Positions 59,154-64,000 of a stretch of DNA of 64,000 bases are shown one piece after another. The position numbers and the translations under genes are program-made. Origin of the DNA: Macrostomum lignano (Eukaryota); NCBI GenBank assembly GCA_002269645.1, contig NIVC01001944.1, forward strand, positions 1-64,000, read 5' to 3'. A model generated the notes under the pieces. That model had not been told where the DNA came from and made no database searches. It was given only the letters and a program-made list of their open reading frames with translations. How positions within the stretch are numbered: position 1 is the first letter of the stretch; each line of letters starts with the position of its first letter.

Positions 59154-59914
59154 TTTACTATTTTATTTTCTCTGTACTCATAAAAATTCGTTTTTATTTG
59201 GGTTGGTGTGGAGTGTGGACGTTGGTTACAATATATTAGAACCGTGGGTTGGTAAAGCATCCATGAGGATATTGGAGTAGAAAAAGAAATACTTGTGTGT
59301 GCACTATCCAAATATTAATATTCAAACGAAACCCATATCAGCTTCTGTTTTGCTTGTAATGGTTTTCAGGACTACTTCAAATGCTAGGGTGTGTTGCTAT
59401 AGGGGATATAGGTTGATTAAATGATTTTTATGGTGTACTTTTCACCTAATATAATTGCTTAATAAACTTATCTAATGTTTCGAACTCTTGGTCAGTGTTC
59501 TTTAAACTTATGCATGCATGCTGCAATTTCAAATGAAGCTTCTCGAGATAAGCGTGAATCAAACCAAATTAAATTTCAATGTATCCAGCTGCTGTTAATT
59601 GTCAGGTAATAAACATTGCATGCCCTACTGAATCAAAATAAACTTGCTAGTAAATTAGCTACAGTGAAAGTGAGTTTTCAAAGTTTTTGCTTTACTTCTT
59701 TGTAAAAAATGGATCTAGATAAGTACGCTCATTGATAAATAGATTATGCGTGATTTGATCGCAAATTAAAAAAACAGTGGATTTTTTCTGAATAATAATT
59801 AAAAGTGGCAAGTCTGTTAGACAACTGTATAACGCTTTTAATTACAAGCTCTTAGCGCGAATAAGTAAACTTAATCATTAAATTTGCATATTTAAATGAA
59901 ATATTGGTTTTGTT

Positions 59915-60598
59915 TTGATTTGGAAACACTTTCAGTCCATTCAAGGCGCTCCAGTTTTGGTGGACTACGCTAAGTCTGGCGAAGATTGGCCTATGACCAA
60001 TGAGAGCTGGTCTGAGTTTTGTGAAGAAGAAGAAGACTGGTCTGAGACGGATGACGAAGACTGGTCTGAGTCAGATGAAGAAGACTGGTCTGAGTCAGAT
60101 GAAGAAGACTGGTCTGAGTCTGATGAAGAAGACTGGTCTGAGTCTGATGAAGAAGACTGGTCTGAGTCTGATGAAGAAGACTGGTCTGAGTCTGATGAAG
60201 AAGACTGGTCTGAGTCTGATGAAGAAGACTGGTCTGAGTCAGATGAAGAAGACTGGTCTGAGTCTGATGAAGAAGACTGGTCTGAGTCAGATGAAGAAGA
60301 CTGGTCTGAGTCAGATGAAGAAGACTGGTCTGAGTCAGATGAAGAAGACTGGTCTGAGTCTGATGAAGAAGACTGGTCTGAGTCAGACGAAGAAGTAGAC
60401 TGGTCTGAGCCCAAGGAAGACTTGTTTGAGCCAACTGATGCTAGCAGCAGCACTGCAACAAACACCAGCACCAGCACCAGCACCAGTATCGCAGGTCACA
60501 TGGAGAATAAAGACAACGTTGAAAATGAAGGTATGAGCAAGTTTTCTCCTAAAGTTTGTTGTGTTTCTGAGCTTAATTATCATGATCTTAACCAATAA
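59915..60598 (+). CDS. Acidic repeat ORF (DWSESDEE) x about 15; possibly the N-terminal extension of PolB
   Basis: 24-bp unit GACTGGTCTGAGTCAGATGAAGAA, in frame. Confidence 0.5.
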   Translation: MIWKHFQSIQGAPVLVDYAKSGEDWPMTNESWSEFCEEEEDWSETDDEDWSESDEEDWSESDEEDWSESDEEDWSESDEEDWSESDEEDWSESDEEDWSESDEEDWSESDEEDWSESDEEDWSESDEEDWSESDEEDWSESDEEDWSESDEEDWSESDEEVDWSEPKEDLFEPTDASSSTATNTSTSTSTSIAGHMENKDNVENEGMSKFSPKVCCVSELNYHDLNQ

Positions 60599-60699
60599 AG
60601 AGCGAAAAATCGGATTCTTTTGGCTTGCAAATTTTGAAAATCGTTTAAAACAACAACAAAAATTTATCACACGTTGTAAGTGCGATTCCTTTATTACTA

Positions 60700-63600
60700 C
60701 ACAATTCAGGCGAAATCATCAATCTGCAAGACAGCGCCCATGCTGGTGTTCTAGAGGTTCACCGTATCGATGCGAGCCGTCTGGAGCCCCAGCTCAACAT
60801 CTTCGAAATGGTGCGCGAGTGTCGGGATGTCATTGAAAGGACTATCACAGCGCGACAGCAAACCAACGTCGTCTTGCGCGCCCAGTTGCGTCTAAAAATC
60901 AGCATGAGAAGATGGCAGGCTGGTGAGTTCGTTGCTGAGGAAGACAAGTGGATAAGCAGCTGCTTAGAAGAGATTCGGAATTTTGAAGATTGGTGGAATT
61001 CGCAATTAGCAGCCTGCGAAAGGACTTGTGAGTCCATGAACACGAACGGCAGTGGTTGGAGCATAGGTGGAATCAACTTCTTTGATGTCTGCATTTCCCG
61101 TGGCGATCGCGTGCGCTACTATGTTGGTAGAAGCAGCAGCTTTGTACTTCCCGAAGGTCTTAAGCAGAAGCAGGCCGTAATCAACCCACCGAGTGAAGGT
61201 GAAAATTGCTTTCTGTATGCCTGTCTAGCAGTGCTGCATCATGGAGAGGAAAGTTTGCGAAAATCTCCGCACGCGCTTGCAACCTACCGGCCTTGGTTTC
61301 ACGAAATTTGCTTGAATGGCATAAGCATGCCAGTGAGTATCTATGGTCTATGAGTATCTATGGAATGCTTTAGACGAGATTGAGAACTTGAACCCTGACT
61401 TCTGCTTCACAGTGCTTTCCTGGCGTGCTGGTAAAGTGGAAGTTTTGCATCAACCTAAAGCAGCCACCACAGTAGGGCGCCGCCTTCTGCCATTGCTTTA
61501 CCTCATTGACGACGACTCTGGCAGCTCTCACTGGTGCGCGATTGTAAACCTGAATCGTCTACTCAACAGCAAAGATGGACTTCACCAGCGCAAGTGGTGC
61601 GAGCGCTGTCTATCCGCTTTCAGGTCAGAGGAGAGACTGCAAGAGCACCGGCAGAGCTGCTGAGTCAGACGAGCTTTCCGTCAAAGAAGTATTACCAACG
61701 GAGGAAAACAACTGCTTGACTTTCCAAAACTGGCAGAAAACTATTTCACCGCCGTTTACAGTCTACGCTGATATGTAATCATTCAATGCTGATGTTGACG
61801 ACGAAGTCCGCGGAGCCGCTGCCGGAACCAAAAAGCTTTCCCAGCATCTTCCAGCTGCAGTCGGCTACCTGCTAGTACAAAGCGAAAATACTGCAGGCCC
61901 TGATCTCAAAGGCAGGAATGAAAGCCTCCAATTGTTCAGAGAAGACGATCCAGAACTGTGTGTCGAACAATTCCTTAGATCCCTTGAGACGCTTTCAAAG
62001 GAAATCTTTCAATGGAACCGAGAACACAGCTACCAAAAAAAGATTGTCAATGACGAAGCTAACCGAAAGTTCGAAACAGCTCAGAGTTGCTACTACTGTG
62101 ACGAATCTTTTTCGTGTCCGTCCGAAAAACTGTGGGATCACGATCATCTGACTGGGCTTTTCCGCGGTGCTGCGTGTGCTGCATGCAACCTCAAGGCTCA
62201 GTTGAAGCGACGCTTTTTGCCAGTGTACTTCCACAACCTCAAATCCTACGACCTACATCTGATCTTTTCGACGGCTTTGTTCAAGATGACACACTGGAAG
62301 TTGAGCGTGACTCCCCAGACCAGTGAACGGTACATTTGCTTGAAGGCGGAATTTCCAGTTGGTGAGTACACCTTACCGTCCGGCAAGAAGCGTCCGCTCA
62401 ATTTTACCGTCCAATTTTTAGACTCACTCAATTTTCTGGGTTGTAGTCTTGAAACTGTGATGCGCACTCTAACGGCTGAAAGTTGCCCTCTTACGTTGGA
62501 GATGAAGGTGCACCATCCGCAACTTTCGAATGCTATTCTGCTAAGTAAGGGGATTTTTCCCTACGACGCTGTGAAGAAACCTGCCGATTTGCTTGTTACG
62601 AGTCTGCCGTCACAAGAGAACTTTTTCAACGTGCTCACGCAATCGCCTTGTCCTGATTCAGACTATCAGCATGCACTGCGAGCGTGGCATGAATTGCAAG
62701 TCAGTAACCTTGGACAGTACATGATGGCCTACCTAGAATTAGACATCCGCCAATTGGCAGATGCATTCGAATCATTCAGGAGATTGAGTCTCGCTGACGA
62801 CGGCTTGGATCCGGTGCACTTCATCACGGCACCAGGATTGTCATTCGAATCGGCACTTAAGTGTGCGAAACATCGCTTGGAGCTTCTAGTCGATGGTGAC
62901 ATGTACCGCATGGTGGAGGCTGGCATCCGAGGAGGAATTACTTTCACCAATGTACACCAGGTCTCCGTGAGTGGTGGAGATGAAGAGGAAGAGGAACGCA
63001 GATACTTACTTCCGCTAGATGTTAACAACCTATATGGTCAGGCTCTCTCTATGCCGCTAGTGAGTGAATTTCGATGGGTCGATCAAGACGAGCTGCGAAG
63101 TTGGGATGAAAGCACTGTTCTCAACATGCAAGATGATGGCGGCCATGCCTATCTCATTGAAGTCGATCTGCAATATCCAGAATGCATTCACCAGAAGACC
63201 GAGGAGCTGCCACTGGCCCCAGAGAAGGGAACTATTGAGTTTGAAGACTTTCCAGCCTATATGCAGCAGCTATGGCATCAGCTAAATCCAGGTAAAAAGT
63301 ACCACGGAACGCGAAAACTACTTCTCACTTGTCAAGACAAAGAAGCCTATGTTGTTCATAGCAGAGTGCTCAAGTTCTACCTTCAACAAGGCGCGTAAGC
63401 AAGTTCCGGCGAGCCATCAGCTTTCGACAAGAGCGAGTGTTCAAGAGCTACATCGATAGCAACAGCGAAAAGCGTTCAAAAGCATCTACAGAATTCGAAA
63501 AGAACTACTACAAGAGCAAGAACAATAGTCTTTTTGGAAAGACTATGGAGAACGTTCGGAAGAGGAGAGATGTGAGAATCTGTAACAGTGATCATCAAGC

Positions 63601-64000
63601 TCAAGTTCTGGCTTCAAAGCCTAACGTCAAGACATTCAGCATCATCAAAGAAAACTTGAGCATCTTTGAGCTAAGCAAGACATCCGTTCGCCTCGACCGG
63701 CCAGTGTACATCGGCCAGTGTGTTCTGGACGATTCAAAGCTTGTTATGTACACTTTTCTACACTAAGTTGAAGTCCTGGTTCACGTCAACTCGCTGTGCT
63801 GCCAAGATTCAACTATGTGGTGGCGACACAGATTCTCTTTTTCTGTGCGTCAAGAACATCGACGTTCCCAACAACATGCTGCCCGAAATGATTGACAGAG
63901 GACTGTTGGATACATCCAACTATCCAAGCCAGCACCCACTACGCTCCGACTCTTTAAAGGCTCGATTGGGTTGCGTCAAAGACGAGTCTGCAGGCTGCAT
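60700..64000 (+). pseudogene. Protein-primed family B DNA polymerase with an embedded endonuclease-VII-like zinc domain, disrupted
   Basis: Motifs GSGWS, AVINP...CFLYA, VYAD, DHDHLTGLFRGAAC..CNL, FHNLKSYD, FLDS, KGIFPYD, GIRGG, LDVNNLYG, KNNSLFGKTMEN and GDTDS. Lesions: frame change at about 61343, frameshift at about 61660, in-frame TAA at 61776, frameshifts at about 63396 and 63760. Confidence 0.9.

Larger units (their letters stand above)
56244..64000 (+). mobile_element. Left part of a Polinton/Maverick (adintovirus-like) element
   Basis: Starts AGTAGTAG exactly where the Gypsy protease frame stops making sense. It continues with a tandem-repeat terminal region, accessory ORFs and a protein-primed PolB that runs off the window. 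Confidence 0.7.

Noticed and set aside
60110-60370. Hammerhead ribozyme suggested by repeated CTGATGA
   Set aside because: There is no GAAA core or enclosing stems; the motif is simply the codons for Ser-Asp-Glu.

Overview
Animal genomic DNA with GT-AG introns, GC-rich exons and minisatellite-filled introns. The style suggests a free-living flatworm such as Macrostomum, but that is inference. Host genes: 3' exons of a DLK/LZK (MAP3K12/13)-like kinase gene (minus, 3.8-5.3 kb); an intact SON orthologue (plus, 43.8-50.0 kb) followed by a second, diverged SON-type FPVSSG/G-patch/dsRBD cassette (51.0-53.5 kb); and the 3' exons of OXCT1/SCOT (minus, 54.2-55.0 kb). Mobile DNA: (i) an intact three-exon KDZ (Kyakuja-Dileera-Zisupton) transposase beside a C2H2 zinc-finger gene and a zinc-finger/SETD8(PR-Set7)-type methyltransferase fusion gene; (ii) a young Ty3/Gypsy LTR element whose Pol begins with a cold-shock domain; (iii) a 5'-truncated RTE-like LINE with a 9-bp TSD; (iv) several hAT MITEs, one Harbinger-like MITE, a Helitron-like end and satellite arrays; (v) the left end of a Polinton/Maverick-like element with a disrupted protein-primed PolB, apparently inserted in a decayed Gypsy. 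The strongest candidate for something new is the KDZ locus. A 292-bp direct repeat (no differences seen by eye) sits behind both the transposase gene and the SET gene. On the coding strand it folds into a CPEB3/HDV-like ribozyme double pseudoknot, so two same-sense ribozyme folds bracket a 3,979-nt unit carrying the zinc-finger and SET genes. All alignments and folds were done by eye and none was computed. Several single-base frameshifts may be assembly errors.
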